The translations under genes were made by a program, and so were the position numbers. A stretch of 64,000 nt of DNA, from NCBI GenBank assembly GCA_040880305.1, contig JBBDIP010000043.1:12730-76729 (forward strand), in the 5' to 3' direction. Below, piece by piece: positions 1 to 12,709 of the stretch. The notes under the pieces are model-generated. The model made no database searches, was not told the DNA's origin, and was given only the letters and a program-made list of their open reading frames with translations. This stretch comes from Bacillota bacterium (GTDB lineage: Bacteria > Bacillota > Sulfobacillia > Fermentithermobacillales > Fermentithermobacillaceae). Position 1 is the first letter of the stretch; each line of letters opens with the position of its first letter.

Positions 1-978
<978 letters not shown>

Positions 979-1006
979 CAGAGGCCTAACATGAGATGCT
1001 GGCTCT

Positions 1007-1030
1007 AAGCCCTTTCGCGGGGCTTTTTGC
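1007..1030 (+). terminator. Intrinsic terminator after sigA
   Basis: Hairpin AGCCC-N7-GGGCT followed by a T-run, about 30 nt after the sigA stop. Confidence 0.6.
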
Positions 1031-1102
1031 TTTCCTCCAGATGCCCCGGCAGCGCGCCCCAGTGCTATAATTCGGATCGCATGCTACCAATCTCTCAGGG
1101 GG

Positions 1103-1723
1103 GTGACTCCCGGTTTGGCCGAAAAACAAGTTGGCAAGAAGGCAGCTCCCGCCGCCCTCTCTGCGGCAAGGCTGCCTGCAGTCTTCTGGAGTTTCTTCAA
1201 GATAGGCGCCTTCACGTTCGGCGGCGGCTGGGCGATGATACCGCTTATCCGCAAGGAACTGGTGTCAAAGAAGAATTGGATAGACGACACGGAATTTGTG
1301 GACCTCCTTGCCGTGGCGCAGAGCGCTCCCGGTCCCATCGCCATCAACGTCGCGGTCATCACCGGGTACAAGGTAAGGAGAATCCCCGGGGCCCTAGTCG
1401 CCGCCCTCGGCGCTTCGCTTCCGTCTTTTCTGGTGATCTTGGCCTTCGCAACGGTACTCTTGCGGTGGAAGGGTTCGCCCGCCGTCGAAGCGGTGTTCAA
1501 GGGGATGAGGCCCGCCATCTTCGGCCTCCTGATCTCGGCTGTCTGGCAGGTCGGCAAGTCCTCGATCAGGGGCAGGGTCGACATAGTCGTGGCGGTAGTC
1601 GGAGGCGTCCTTCTCCTGGGACTCGGGCTGAACCCCATAGTGGTGGTGGCGATGGCCGCGGCGGCAGGGGTCGCCCTTGGCCAGTTTGCCAAGACCGCTT
1701 CCGAAAAGCAGGAGGGGGACTGA
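1103..1723 (+). CDS. Chromate transporter family protein, short CHR half 1
   Basis: CHR motif FFKIGAFTFGGGWAMIPLI. The protein is hydrophobic (about 200 aa) and is followed directly by a paralogous half. Confidence 0.8.
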   Translation: MTPGLAEKQVGKKAAPAALSAARLPAVFWSFFKIGAFTFGGGWAMIPLIRKELVSKKNWIDDTEFVDLLAVAQSAPGPIAINVAVITGYKVRRIPGALVAALGASLPSFLVILAFATVLLRWKGSPAVEAVFKGMRPAIFGLLISAVWQVGKSSIRGRVDIVVAVVGGVLLLGLGLNPIVVVAMAAAAGVALGQFAKTASEKQEGD

Positions 1724-1729
1724 CATAGG

Positions 1730-2248
1730 ATGCTTCTTCAACTCTTCCTCTCGTTCGCCAAGATAGGCGCCTTCAGTTTCGGAGGGGGCTACGCAATGAT
1801 CCCCCTTATCTCCAGAGAAATCGTCCAGGCCAAGGCCTGGCTCTCCATGGAGGAGTTCATAGACGTCATCGCGCTTTCGCAGGCGACGCCAGGGCCTATC
1901 GCCATCAATTCGGCTACCTATGTGGGTTACAAGGTTATGGGGGTTTGGGGGTCCGTGGCTGCCACCGTCGGCGTGGTCTTCCCGTCCTTCCTCATAATGA
2001 TGGGTCTGGGATACCTCTTCTTGAAGTATCGCGACGTGGGTTTCGTGAAAGACATATTCAAGGGCATCCGTCCCGTGGTGGTCGCGCTTATCCTGTCCGC
2101 AGCCATATCGGTCGCGTCCACTTCGCTTACAGGCGCGGTGCCGGTCGTGATCGCGTGCCTTGTGATAGGGGCCATCGTGGGGCTGAACATTGACCCTGTT
2201 CTGTTGCTGCTGGGTTCTGGGATCCTCGGGTACTTCCTGTACACGTGA
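1730..2248 (+). CDS. Chromate transporter family protein, short CHR half 2
   Basis: Motif FAKIGAFSFGGGYAMIPLI. It is a paralog of the upstream gene, and a 6-nt gap suggests a bipartite CHR pair. Confidence 0.8.
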   Translation: MLLQLFLSFAKIGAFSFGGGYAMIPLISREIVQAKAWLSMEEFIDVIALSQATPGPIAINSATYVGYKVMGVWGSVAATVGVVFPSFLIMMGLGYLFLKYRDVGFVKDIFKGIRPVVVALILSAAISVASTSLTGAVPVVIACLVIGAIVGLNIDPVLLLLGSGILGYFLYT

Positions 2249-2327
2249 GGAATCTGGTAGATATAATGTGGAAGCCAGGAGGAAACCGAAGTCAGCCTGG
2301 CCAGCATAATGCGGGAGGTTACATCCA

Positions 2328-3332
2328 ATGGTAAGGGTGGGCATCAACGGCTTTGGCAGCATAGGGCGGCGTTTTTTGCGTGCCGCGATGGGAAGAGACG
2401 ACATAACGGTAGTGGCCGTCAACGACCTTACTGACCCTGGAACCCTTGCGCACCTGCTCAAGTACGATACCAACTACGGGACCCTGCCATCCGAGGTCAA
2501 AGCCTCCGAGAAGGGTTTCTCTGTGGATGGGCGCGAAGTCAGGGTGCTAGCTGAGAGGGACCCCGCGAAGCTACCGTGGAGGGACCTTGGCGTCGACATC
2601 GTCCTGGAGTCGACCGGCAGGTTCACTGAGAAGGAGAAGGCGATGGCTCACATCGATCCGGCGGGCGCCAAGAAGGTCGTGATTTCGGCCCCTGCCAAGG
2701 GTGAGGACATAACCGTCGTGATGGGCGTCAATCAGGACAAGTACGATAGCTCCAAGCACAGCGTGATATCCAACGCATCCTGCACTACCAACGGCCTGGC
2801 TCCTGTGGCCAAGGTGCTGGACGACTCGTTCGGCATTGAAGAAGGACTCATGACCACCATCCATTCCTACACCAACGATCAGGTAATCCTGGATTTCGCC
2901 CACAAGGACCTGCGCAGGGCAAGGGCTGGCGCCCTGAACATAATCCCGACCACCACCGGAGCCGCCAAGGCTGTCAGCCTGGTATTGCCCCAACTGAAGG
3001 GCAGGCTCAACGGAATGGCTTACAGAGTGCCGACGCCTACCGTCTCCGTGGTCGACCTGGTGGTAAAGCTCAGGAAGACCGCGACCGTCCAGGAGGTCAA
3101 TAAGGCTTTCGAGGACGCCTCCCAAGGCGCTCTCAAGGGCATCCTCGGGATCAACTACGAGCCCCTAGTCTCTTCCGACTACAAGGGGATGAACCAGTCC
3201 TCGGTGGTCGACGGCCTCTCCACAATGGTCGTTGGTTCTCTCACCAAGGTCGAAGCTTGGTACGACAACGAGTGGGGATACTGCTGCCGGCTGGTCGACC
3301 TCATCTCTTTCATAGCTTCCAAGGGCCTCTAA
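2328..3332 (+). CDS. gap: Glyceraldehyde-3-phosphate dehydrogenase
   Basis: [11 protein letters not shown] Rossmann start and active-site [13 protein letters not shown]-like RBS upstream. Confidence 0.95.
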   Translation: MVRVGINGFGSIGRRFLRAAMGRDDITVVAVNDLTDPGTLAHLLKYDTNYGTLPSEVKASEKGFSVDGREVRVLAERDPAKLPWRDLGVDIVLESTGRFTEKEKAMAHIDPAGAKKVVISAPAKGEDITVVMGVNQDKYDSSKHSVISNASCTTNGLAPVAKVLDDSFGIEEGLMTTIHSYTNDQVILDFAHKDLRRARAGALNIIPTTTGAAKAVSLVLPQLKGRLNGMAYRVPTPTVSVVDLVVKLRKTATVQEVNKAFEDASQGALKGILGINYEPLVSSDYKGMNQSSVVDGLSTMVVGSLTKVEAWYDNEWGYCCRLVDLISFIASKGL

Positions 3333-3350
3333 GAGAAGAGGGAAAAGGAG

Positions 3351-4544
3351 GTGCCAGCTGTGGCAAAGTCGAGCGTCAGAGACGTCCTTGTAAGGGACAA
3401 GCGCTGTTTCGTCAGGGTCGACTACAACGTACCGATAAAAGGCGGAAAGATCGGCGACGACACCAGGATAAAGGCTTCGCTCCCGACGATCACATACCTG
3501 GTCGAGCAGGGAGCCAAGGTGATTCTGGCATCTCACTTGGGAAGGCCCGGCGGCAAGGCGGTCGACGATCTACGTATGGAACCCATCGCCGCGAGGCTCG
3601 CGGAACTCCTGGGGAGGCGCGTTGCCAAGCTTGACGACTGCGTGGGCGACCAAGTTGTCGCCTTTGTCTCGCGCATGAAGCCGGGAGACGTCGTCCTCTT
3701 GGAGAACGTCCGCTTTCACTCGGGCGAGGAGAAGAACGATCCCGAGTTGGCCAGTCAGATGGCCTCTCTTGCCGACATCTTCGTCAACGACGCCTTCGGC
3801 GCCGCCCACAGGGCGCACGCTTCCACGGCGGGTATCGCCGCCTTCATCCCGGCGTACGCCGGGTTCCTGATGGAGAAAGAAGTGGCCGCTCTGGGCAGGC
3901 TCCTTGAAGAGCCAGGAAGGCCGTTCGCGGCGGTAATCGGCGGGGCCAAGGTCTCAGACAAGCTGAAGGTGCTGGATAACCTGCTCGACAGGGTGGACGT
4001 CCTGCTCATCGGGGGTGGGATGGCCAACACATTCCTCTTGGCCAAAGGCCACAAGGTGGGAAAATCCCTGGCTGAGCCAGCAATGGCGGGTAGCGCCCGG
4101 GACATACTGACCAAGGCGGATAGGGCAGGGAAGGCAGTGCTGTTGCCGACAGATGTCGTGATCGCCACAGCACCGGAAATCGGCGCGGCGGTGAGAGTCG
4201 TGGCGGTGCAGGCGATCCCCGACGACCAAGCCGTCCTGGATATCGGCCCCCATACCCGTAAGGAGTTCGCGGATAGGATCCGCGACTCAAAGACCGTGTT
4301 TTGGAACGGGCCTATGGGCGTGTTCGAGGTCGAGCCCTTCGGAGCCGGCACCATGGAGATCGCCGCGGCGATGGCCGAGGTTTCCGGGTTCACTGTCGTG
4401 GGCGGCGGGGACTCTCTGGCTGCCATCGAGATGTCAGGCGTCGCCGGCAAGATCAGCCATCTCTCCACCGGCGGCGGCGCGTCACTTGAGTTTCTGGAGG
4501 GGAGAACCCTTCCGGGGGTGGCGTGCCTCAAAGACAGGCCCTAG
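3351..4544 (+). CDS. pgk: Phosphoglycerate kinase
   Basis: Motifs RVDYNVP, LENVRFH, GGGDS. The start may be the in-frame GTG at 3360, which has better spacing to AAGGAGG at 3345-3351. Confidence 0.95.
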   Translation: MPAVAKSSVRDVLVRDKRCFVRVDYNVPIKGGKIGDDTRIKASLPTITYLVEQGAKVILASHLGRPGGKAVDDLRMEPIAARLAELLGRRVAKLDDCVGDQVVAFVSRMKPGDVVLLENVRFHSGEEKNDPELASQMASLADIFVNDAFGAAHRAHASTAGIAAFIPAYAGFLMEKEVAALGRLLEEPGRPFAAVIGGAKVSDKLKVLDNLLDRVDVLLIGGGMANTFLLAKGHKVGKSLAEPAMAGSARDILTKADRAGKAVLLPTDVVIATAPEIGAAVRVVAVQAIPDDQAVLDIGPHTRKEFADRIRDSKTVFWNGPMGVFEVEPFGAGTMEIAAAMAEVSGFTVVGGGDSLAAIEMSGVAGKISHLSTGGGASLEFLEGRTLPGVACLKDRP

Positions 4545-4577
4545 ACTGCGCAATACATTGTCGGGAGGAAGATTCCG

Positions 4578-5363
4578 TTGCGTGTACCGCTCTTGGCCGC
4601 GAACTGGAAGATGAACAAGACTATTCCCGACGCCCTGGCCTTCGCCGGGGCGTTCGTACCGCAGATGCTGAACGTGACAGGCGGCAACGCTTGGCCCGAG
4701 GTGTTGATATGTCCTCCATTCACCGCCATCCCCGCCCTGGCTGCCGCGCTGTCGAGCTACCAGGTGGCGGTGGGAGCCCAGGACCTCCACTGGCAGGAGA
4801 AGGGCGCGTTTACCGGCCAGGTCTCCCCGGTGATGCTCAGGGATGCGGGGTGCTCCTATGCGATCGTGGGGCACTCGGAGCGCCGGCACCTGCTGGGCGA
4901 GACCGATGAGATGGCGCGTAAGAAGGTCCGCTCTGCCCTCGATTTCGGCCTGCGGCCTGTGCTGTGCGTCGGAGAGACGCTGGAGCAGCGCGAAAAGGGC
5001 GATACCTACGAGGTAGTGGAGACCATGACCCGTCAGGGTCTTCTGGCCGCAAAGCGAGACGAGCTTCCGGCGGTGGTCATCGCCTATGAGCCTGTTTGGG
5101 CCATTGGGACAGGTAAGGAGGCAAAGCCGGAAGACGCCAGGGATGTCATCGTCCGCATCAGAGCGACCATCGATTCCGTCTTCGGGCAAGGAGCGTCTGG
5201 CGATGTACGCGTGCTTTACGGTGGGAGCGTCAAGTCTGGCAACATACGTTCTTTCATCGCTCACGACGAGGTCGATGGGGCGTTGGTCGGCGGCGCGAGC
5301 CTTGACCCTGTGGAGTTCGCCAGGATGATCTTTGAATTGAGGAAGGGACGGCCGCAGGCATGA
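4578..5363 (+). CDS. tpiA: Triosephosphate isomerase
   Basis: Motifs AANWKMN, VGHSERR, AYEPVWAIGTG. Confidence 0.95.
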   Translation: MRVPLLAANWKMNKTIPDALAFAGAFVPQMLNVTGGNAWPEVLICPPFTAIPALAAALSSYQVAVGAQDLHWQEKGAFTGQVSPVMLRDAGCSYAIVGHSERRHLLGETDEMARKKVRSALDFGLRPVLCVGETLEQREKGDTYEVVETMTRQGLLAAKRDELPAVVIAYEPVWAIGTGKEAKPEDARDVIVRIRATIDSVFGQGASGDVRVLYGGSVKSGNIRSFIAHDEVDGALVGGASLDPVEFARMIFELRKGRPQA

Positions 5364-6910
5364 CACGCAAATTGGGCCCTGTCGCGCTGGTGATTTTGGA
5401 CGGTTGGGGCGTCTCTGACGTATGCCCCAACGCCTGCAGCGAGGCCCGGACCCCCAACTTTCGGCGGATCAGCGCCGAGTACCCTCATACCTGCCTGGAT
5501 GCCTCCGGCGAAGCTGTAGGCCTCATGGTGGGCCAGATGGGTGACTCAAACGTCGGCCATCTCAATATAGGCGCAGGTCGCATCGTCTATCAGGACGTCG
5601 TCAGGATCTCCAAGGAAATCCGCGAAGGGACTTTCTTCTCCAACCCCGCGCTACTCAAAACCATCCGTGCGGCGAGGGCGAAGGGTTCATCGGTCCACCT
5701 CATGGGTCTTTTGTCGGACGGCGGGGTCCACAGCCTGGAGAGCCACCTGTTCGCGCTACTAGACCTCTGCAAGCGGGAAGGCCAGAGCAAGGTGTCCGTG
5801 CACGCCTTCCTCGACGGCAGAGACGTCCCACCCCAGTCGGCATCCGCCTATCTGGAACTCTTGGAAGGCAAGATGCGCGAAATTGGGATCGGCCGCTTGG
5901 CCACCATGCAGGGACGCTTTTTCGCCATGGACCGAGACAAGCGGTGGGATCGAGTCGAGAAGGGATATCGCCTGCTTACCATCGGCGAAGGCGTTGTGGC
6001 CGCCGATTGGCGGCAAGGGATTCGAGCGTCGTACGAGAGGGGCGCAACTGACGAGTTCGTCCAGCCCACGGTCTTCGCCGGCGCTCCCGGCGAGGGGCTC
6101 GTTCGCGATGGGGATTCAATCATATTCTTCAACTTTCGCGCCGACAGGGCCAGGGAGATCACCCATGCTTTCGTGGATCGGGATTTCTCCGGGTTCGACC
6201 GCGAACCGCGCCTAGACGCCTTGTACTGCGGGTTGGTCAAGTATGAGGAGAGCCTCGGAGGAGAGTACGCCTACCTGCCGCTTACAATGGAAAACACGCT
6301 GGGCGAAGTCGTATCCAAGGCCGGGATGAAGCAACTCCGCATCGCCGAGACCGAGAAGTACGCCCACGTCACGTTCTTTCTAAATGGCAAAAAGGACGAG
6401 CCGTTCGCAGGCGAAGACAGGGTTCTCATCCCTTCGCCCAAGGAAGTAGTCACTTATGATCAAAAGCCTGAGATGAGCGCTTACGAGGTCACCTCTCAGG
6501 CAGTAGACAGGGTCAAGTCGGGATCATACGATTTCGTCGTCCTGAACTACGCGAACCCTGACATGGTCGGGCACACCGGGTCATACGACGCGGCGGTGAC
6601 AGCGTTGGAAGTAGTCGACCGGTGCCTGGGGGATTTCCTCGACGCCGTCCTTTCCGCAGGCGGCGTTGCCTTGGTCATCGCGGACCACGGCAACGTCGAA
6701 GATGTGCGTCCCGGGGCGGTCACCGCCCACACGTACCACTCGCTGAACCGCGTACCCTGCATTTTGGTGGGACGCGGCCTGGCAGGGCTCGCTCTTAGGT
6801 CGGGCGGCGTCCTCGCCGACGTGGCGCCTACGATCCTGGAACTCCTGGGGCTGCCTAAGCCCGTCGAAATGGACCGTGAGAGCCTGCTAGTACACTTCAC
6901 AAAAGGGTGA
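5360..6910 (+). CDS. gpmI: 2,3-bisphosphoglycerate-independent phosphoglycerate mutase
   Basis: Motifs LVILDGWG, HLMGLLSDGGVHS, ADHGN. ATGA overlap with the tpiA stop. Confidence 0.95.
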   Translation: MTRKLGPVALVILDGWGVSDVCPNACSEARTPNFRRISAEYPHTCLDASGEAVGLMVGQMGDSNVGHLNIGAGRIVYQDVVRISKEIREGTFFSNPALLKTIRAARAKGSSVHLMGLLSDGGVHSLESHLFALLDLCKREGQSKVSVHAFLDGRDVPPQSASAYLELLEGKMREIGIGRLATMQGRFFAMDRDKRWDRVEKGYRLLTIGEGVVAADWRQGIRASYERGATDEFVQPTVFAGAPGEGLVRDGDSIIFFNFRADRAREITHAFVDRDFSGFDREPRLDALYCGLVKYEESLGGEYAYLPLTMENTLGEVVSKAGMKQLRIAETEKYAHVTFFLNGKKDEPFAGEDRVLIPSPKEVVTYDQKPEMSAYEVTSQAVDRVKSGSYDFVVLNYANPDMVGHTGSYDAAVTALEVVDRCLGDFLDAVLSAGGVALVIADHGNVEDVRPGAVTAHTYHSLNRVPCILVGRGLAGLALRSGGVLADVAPTILELLGLPKPVEMDRESLLVHFTKG

Positions 6911-8197
<1,287 letters not shown>

Positions 8198-8229
8198 GCC
8201 AAGCAGGGTGCTAGAATTCACCGGAAAGG

Positions 8230-8466
8230 GTGAATGCTTTGGTTACATTTTTCCACGTGCTTCACTGGCTGATCACGATCGGTCTTATCGCGGTCGTTAT
8301 CCTTCAGCCGGGCAGGAGCGCAGGATTAGGCATTATGGGCGGCGGAGCCGAAACGCTCCTTGGACGGAAGAGAAAAGGGCTTGATGCTTTCCTGGGCAAG
8401 CTTACGGTTTGCCTGGCAGTCGGATTCATGGTGACATCGATCTCACTAGCGGTATTAGGTCGCTGA
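8230..8466 (+). CDS. secG: Preprotein translocase subunit SecG
   Basis: A 78-aa two-TM protein with a G-rich loop (LQPGRSAGLGIMGGGAETLLG), in the conserved position after eno. Confidence 0.85.
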   Translation: MNALVTFFHVLHWLITIGLIAVVILQPGRSAGLGIMGGGAETLLGRKRKGLDAFLGKLTVCLAVGFMVTSISLAVLGR

Positions 8467-8548
8467 GCCGATCGCAGGATCATACCGGTATCAGCAAGAG
8501 GCCATATTGTCCTATGGCTTCTTAACTTATGAAGCGGGGTGATCTCTC

Positions 8549-9100
8549 GTGGAGAGAGATGAGCTGGTTAAGGAAGTAGAGTTGCGGATACAGACCAAGA
8601 ACCTATTCAAGCACATTCTTTCAGTTGAAGCGGTAATGCGCGCACTGGCCAGCCGCTTTGGCGAAGACGAGGAACGGTGGGGCGCAGCAGGGCTATTGCA
8701 CGACATTGACTACGAAGAGACCAAGACCGATCCTGCCACCCACAGCCTGCTCTCAGGCAAGATTGCCGAGGAGATGGGATTTGACCCCGAGATCGTCGAC
8801 GCCGTCAAGGCGCACAACGAGGCTCACGGTATTCCCCGATCCACCAACATGTCGAAAGCGCTCTACTCCGGAGATCCGCTCACGGGGCTGATCGTCGCCG
8901 CAGCGCTCATCTCGCCCGAGAAGAAGCTTGCGGCCATCGACACAGCTTTCGTGGTCCACAGGATGGGCGAGAAGTCTTTCGCCAAGGGCGCGAACCGGGA
9001 CATTATCCGAGCCTGCAGCGAACTGGGGCTCAGCCTCGATGAGTTTGTGTCTATTGGGCTATCGGCCATGCAGGGTATTCACAAAGAATTGGGCTTGTAG
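8549..9100 (+). CDS. HD/HDIG domain phosphohydrolase-like protein
   Basis: The H...HD signature (FKHILSVEAV...AGLLHDIDYE) is typical of small HDIG proteins. Confidence 0.7.
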   Translation: MERDELVKEVELRIQTKNLFKHILSVEAVMRALASRFGEDEERWGAAGLLHDIDYEETKTDPATHSLLSGKIAEEMGFDPEIVDAVKAHNEAHGIPRSTNMSKALYSGDPLTGLIVAAALISPEKKLAAIDTAFVVHRMGEKSFAKGANRDIIRACSELGLSLDEFVSIGLSAMQGIHKELGL

Positions 9101-9116
9101 TACAGGAGAGTCGCTA

Positions 9117-9599
9117 ATGGATAGGCAAGAGGCCCGCAAGTTCATAGCCCAGAACCGCCGAGCGCGGCACGACTACACCATCGAAGACTCAATTGAGGCG
9201 GGCATTGCCTTGGTTGGGACCGAGGTCAAGTCGCTCAGGCTTGGCCGCGCCAACCTTTCGGACAGCTACGCCGAGATAGTTGGTGGCGACGTCATAATGC
9301 AGAACGCCCACATCAGCCAGTACGAACCTGCGTCAACCTCTAACCATGACCCTCTCCGTCCCCGGCGCCTCCTGTTGCACAAGCGCGAGATTAGAAAGCT
9401 TGCGGGAAAGGTCGCCGAACGGGGGTACACCCTGGTGCCGCTGTCCTTGTACTTTAAGGACGGCAAGGTGAAGGTCGACCTGGCGTTGGCGCGGGGCAGA
9501 AAGGCATATGACAAGCGCGATGCCTTAAGAGAAAAGGACATGCGCCGCGACTTGGATAGGAGAGACAGCCCCAAAGCCCACGATGATCGCGGGTTGTAG
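9117..9599 (+). CDS. smpB: SsrA-binding protein SmpB
   Basis: Motif ARHDYTIEDSIEAGIALVGTEVKSLR. Start moved to the ATG at 9117 within the longer ORF 8928..9599. It lies immediately upstream of tmRNA. Confidence 0.9.
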   Translation: MDRQEARKFIAQNRRARHDYTIEDSIEAGIALVGTEVKSLRLGRANLSDSYAEIVGGDVIMQNAHISQYEPASTSNHDPLRPRRLLLHKREIRKLAGKVAERGYTLVPLSLYFKDGKVKVDLALARGRKAYDKRDALREKDMRRDLDRRDSPKAHDDRGL

Positions 9600-9632
9600 G
9601 TAAGGCCTCTAAGTGTTAAGATCCAAATGTAC

Positions 9633-9980
9633 GGGGGCGACTAGGGTCGACGTCGGTAGTCGAGTCTGAGCAGCGAGCATGGGTGCCGTGCCCAACAAAA
9701 CGGCAAAACCATAACTGCCAACAACAGTTACGCACTGGCCGCTTAACTAGCGGCCACGGTGAGCGGGGAGACTTCTCTCCTATCCTCGAGTCACCGTCAC
9801 ATAGGAGAGATACTTGGAGGGGGTCGTCCGGGACCCTTCGGGGAATGAGATTCCGGGCTGGCGACACGTAAAGCCCGCTCCGGGGCGCTACGGGCTGCGA
9901 GAACAAATCCGGAGATACGCTCGTAGAGACTGAGATCCGGTTATCTTCGGACGAGGGTGCGATTCCCTCCGCCTCCACCA
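9633..9980 (+). ncRNA. ssrA: tmRNA (SsrA)
   Basis: The 5-prime GGGGGCG pairs with the 3-prime CGCCUCC-A-CCA (tRNA-Ala-like acceptor with G3:U70). T-arm GAGGGUGCGAUUCCCUC. Internal tag ORF 9702-9746 encodes GKTITANNSYALAA plus stop. Confidence 0.9.
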
Positions 9981-9987
9981 ACCTTTG

Positions 9988-10027
9988 GAACGAAGGCAGG
10001 CCACCTTGAGGCGACCTGCCTTCGTTC
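9988..10027. terminator. Long GC hairpin between ssrA and the convergent small gene
   Basis: A 13-bp perfect stem GAACGAAGGCAGG / CCTGCCTTCGTTC. There is no strong T-run on either side. Confidence 0.5.
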
Positions 10028-10051
10028 ATTCCGGAGGCGGTTTACCGGACC

Positions 10052-10234
10052 TTAGGACCGTTCACGGACCGTGGGCCTGGCCATGTCGAGAAGTCCCAGC
10101 ACGACATGGGCAAGGCCGAACCCCATGATACCTGCGCCCAGTTGAGAGGGACGCATTACCTGCCCTATTGCAGAGACAATCGCGCCTACTCCAACCGTCG
10201 TCCAGCTGGTCGTCTTTGCGTCCAACAAAGCCAC
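10052..10234 (-). CDS. Small hydrophobic hypothetical protein (60 aa)
   Basis: The ORF has two predicted hydrophobic segments. No family was recognised. Confidence 0.4.
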   Translation of the reverse strand: MALLDAKTTSWTTVGVGAIVSAIGQVMRPSQLGAGIMGFGLAHVVLGLLDMARPTVRERS

Positions 10235-10335
10235 CTCCTGTAGTTAGTCTCTCTCCGGCATTCCTTGACTAGGCGCAAAGCAGGTAATATCCTAAAAGTG
10301 GATGGATCGGCGAAACACCGGGGAGGTGCCTAACC

Positions 10336-10785
10336 GTGCCCGACGCAACAGATGAATCGGTTACCAAGATAGAGCGACTCCTAAGGCACGTAGCGTTCAT
10401 AATCAAAAAGCGCGGACGAGATATTCTCATCGATTTCGGCATAACCAGCCCGCAGTTCAACGCGTTGCTCACGCTCCGCGAGTACCCCAAGATGACCATG
10501 GGCGAACTGTGCGAGAAGCTCTTTTTGGCGTGTTCGACCGCCACGGATCTCATAGACAGGATGGAGAAAAACGGTCTTCTGGAGCGCAACCGCGATACGG
10601 AGGACCGGCGCGTGATCCGCCTCTCTACATCCGAGAAGGGCCAGCAGGTCATCAATGAGGTAATCGTGGCCCGGCGCCGCTACGTTGCATCCATGCTCGA
10701 AAAACTCACTCCCGAGGAGGCCGATCAGCTCGGCATGTCCCTCGACAAGCTGCACTCTCTCATGGTTTCAGAGAAGGTCGTCTAA
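10336..10785 (+). CDS. MarR family transcriptional regulator
   Basis: Winged-HTH segment MTMGELCEKLFLACSTATDLIDRMEKNGLLERNRDTEDRRV. Confidence 0.85.
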   Translation: MPDATDESVTKIERLLRHVAFIIKKRGRDILIDFGITSPQFNALLTLREYPKMTMGELCEKLFLACSTATDLIDRMEKNGLLERNRDTEDRRVIRLSTSEKGQQVINEVIVARRRYVASMLEKLTPEEADQLGMSLDKLHSLMVSEKVV

Positions 10786-11303
10786 TGTTCCTCGAGTATT
10801 GCCTCATCTTCTTTGCCAGGGTCATCGATGTAAGCCTCTCAACCGTTAGGATGCTACTCATCGTCCGTGGCAGAAAATATCCTGCAGCCTGCATCGGGTT
10901 CCTGGAGGCGACGATCTACATCGCCGCCCTGTCTAGGATCATGAAGAACCTGGATGATCCAGTGAAGATACTTGCCTACGGGCTTGGCTTCGCTTCAGGC
11001 ACTCTCCTCGGGGGATTCCTAGAGGAGCGCCTGGCGATAGGCCATGTGGCGCTGCAGGTTATCCCCGCTGAGGGGACAGGTGAGGAACTCCTGAAAGCGC
11101 TGCGTACGACCGGTTACGGTGTCACCGTGTTGGAGGGGCGGGGCATGACCGGGGTTAAGACGGTCCTCCTGGTATCTACGGATAGAAAGACTCTGGCCCG
11201 GCTAACTTCAATGATAGACGAGTTTTCGCCGGGTGCCTTCGTGACAGTGCTTGAGACAAGGGACGTTGTCGGGGGGATGATCCCCTACCGCAAGAGCAAG
11301 TAG
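10785..11303 (+). CDS. UPF0316/DUF2179 membrane protein
   Basis: The N-terminus [23 protein letters not shown] and the C-terminal [11 protein letters not shown] segment match the UPF0316 pattern. The start overlaps the MarR stop. Confidence 0.75.
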   Translation: MFLEYCLIFFARVIDVSLSTVRMLLIVRGRKYPAACIGFLEATIYIAALSRIMKNLDDPVKILAYGLGFASGTLLGGFLEERLAIGHVALQVIPAEGTGEELLKALRTTGYGVTVLEGRGMTGVKTVLLVSTDRKTLARLTSMIDEFSPGAFVTVLETRDVVGGMIPYRKSK

Positions 11304-11319
11304 CCAGAGGAGGACGCGC

Positions 11320-12084
11320 ATGCGGATTGACGGTCGAGAGACAACGGAGCTCCGGCCAGTCCGGATTACTCCAGCATATCTAAAGTTCCCCGCCGGGTCT
11401 TGTCTGGTCGAGGCGGGGGATACCAAGGTCATTTGTTCCGCCAGCATAGAGGAGAGAGTGCCTCCGTTCGTGAAGGGGACGGCCTCGGGCTGGCTCACAG
11501 CAGAGTACTCGATGCTACCGGGCGCGACCGAGCAGAGGACGTCAAGAGAGGTTTCCCGCGGCAAGCCCGGTGGGCGGACGGTCGAGATTCAGCGGCTGAT
11601 TGGCAGGAGCCTTCGGGCGGCGGTCGACTTGACGGCTGTGGGCGAGAGGACGTTTTGGATCGACTGCGACGTCATCCAGGCCGACGGCGGGACGCGCACC
11701 GCATCCATTACCGGCGGATTCGTGGCTCTAGCCCTGGCGCTCGACTTCTTGGCGAAAAGGGAAGGTTGGCAGGCGGTACCGGTCCAAAACTACATAGCTG
11801 CCGTCAGCGTGGGCGTGGTGCAGGGCGAATCAGTCCTAGACCTGCGGTATTCCGAGGACTCCGCCGCCGAGGTTGACATGAACGTCGTAATGACAGGCTC
11901 GGGTGAGTTCATCGAGGTGCAGGGGACAGGCGAACACGCCCCGTTTGGGAAGGCCAGGTTGGAGGAACTCCTTGTTCTCGCCGAAGGCGGGATACGCTCT
12001 CTCATGAAAGCGCAGGCGGACGCGCTGGGTGAGGTGGCTTTGCGCCTCGCAAACCGGGTCGGAACCCCCGCCGGCCTTGACTAG
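11320..12084 (+). CDS. rph: Ribonuclease PH
   Basis: Motifs [15 protein letters not shown] and [18 protein letters not shown]. Confidence 0.95.
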   Translation: MRIDGRETTELRPVRITPAYLKFPAGSCLVEAGDTKVICSASIEERVPPFVKGTASGWLTAEYSMLPGATEQRTSREVSRGKPGGRTVEIQRLIGRSLRAAVDLTAVGERTFWIDCDVIQADGGTRTASITGGFVALALALDFLAKREGWQAVPVQNYIAAVSVGVVQGESVLDLRYSEDSAAEVDMNVVMTGSGEFIEVQGTGEHAPFGKARLEELLVLAEGGIRSLMKAQADALGEVALRLANRVGTPAGLD

Positions 12085-12709
12085 CATTTTGACCCTTGTT
12101 CTGGCGACCAGGAACAAAGGCAAGGTCCGCGAGTTCCAACGGCTTTTCGCAGAGCTGCTGCCAGGCAAGCCCCTGGAGGTTACTATCGGAAGTGATATTG
12201 GGCTGGGCGATGTCGATGAGACAGGTCCCACTTTCCTGGAAAACGCGAGGATAAAGGCCACTGCCGCTGCGGCCGAATGCGGGCGCGTCTGCCTTGGTGA
12301 AGACTCCGGGCTTGAGGTCGACTTCCTGGGTGGAGCGCCGGGCGTGAAATCTCACAGATACTCTGAGAGCGGGCTGGATCAGGACAACAACCTTCTCCTC
12401 CTGGAAAACCTCAAGGGAGTGCCGCCGCCGGCCCGGGGGGCGCGGTACCGCTGCGCGATCTGCATTGCGGCATCGGATGGGATCATCGCTGAGGGCGAGG
12501 GCGTCGTCGAGGGAAGGATTGGCGAAGAGCTCTTGGGGGAGAACGGGTTTGGGTACGACCCGCTGTTTTACTCGACGGAGCTCGGAAAGACTCTGGGAGA
12601 GGCTTCGGCCGTCGAGAAGGATTCGGTGAGCCACAGGCGAAGAGCTATGGAGAAGGTAGCCCAGAGGCTAAGAGAGTCGGCCTGCGTCACGGAGGAAGGG
12701 TTTCTTTGA
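12077..12709 (+). CDS. rdgB: Non-canonical purine NTP pyrophosphatase (RdgB/HAM1)
   Basis: Motifs [12 protein letters not shown] and [11 protein letters not shown]. The start is taken at TTG 12077 (or 12089), overlapping the rph end. Confidence 0.9.
   Translation: MTSILTLVLATRNKGKVREFQRLFAELLPGKPLEVTIGSDIGLGDVDETGPTFLENARIKATAAAAECGRVCLGEDSGLEVDFLGGAPGVKSHRYSESGLDQDNNLLLLENLKGVPPPARGARYRCAICIAASDGIIAEGEGVVEGRIGEELLGENGFGYDPLFYSTELGKTLGEASAVEKDSVSHRRRAMEKVAQRLRESACVTEEGFL

Noticed and set aside
1394-2473. 359-aa ORF antisense to the chromate transporter genes, and similar long antisense ORFs (14600..15220, 19389..20240, 37200..37985, 39798..40547, 49968..50780, 55360..56328)
   Set aside because: They lie opposite genes with clear family motifs and have Arg/Pro/Gly-rich, low-information translations. 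Such long open frames are expected in G+C-rich DNA.
9616-10029. 137-aa minus-strand ORF and 62-aa plus-strand ORF over the tmRNA locus
   Set aside because: The region folds as a canonical tmRNA with a tRNA-like acceptor and a YALAA tag frame. The ORFs are incidental.
10258-10290. TTGACT ... TAATAT promoter upstream of marR
   Set aside because: The spacer is only about 14 nt, too short for a standard sigma-A promoter, so it is not reported as a feature.
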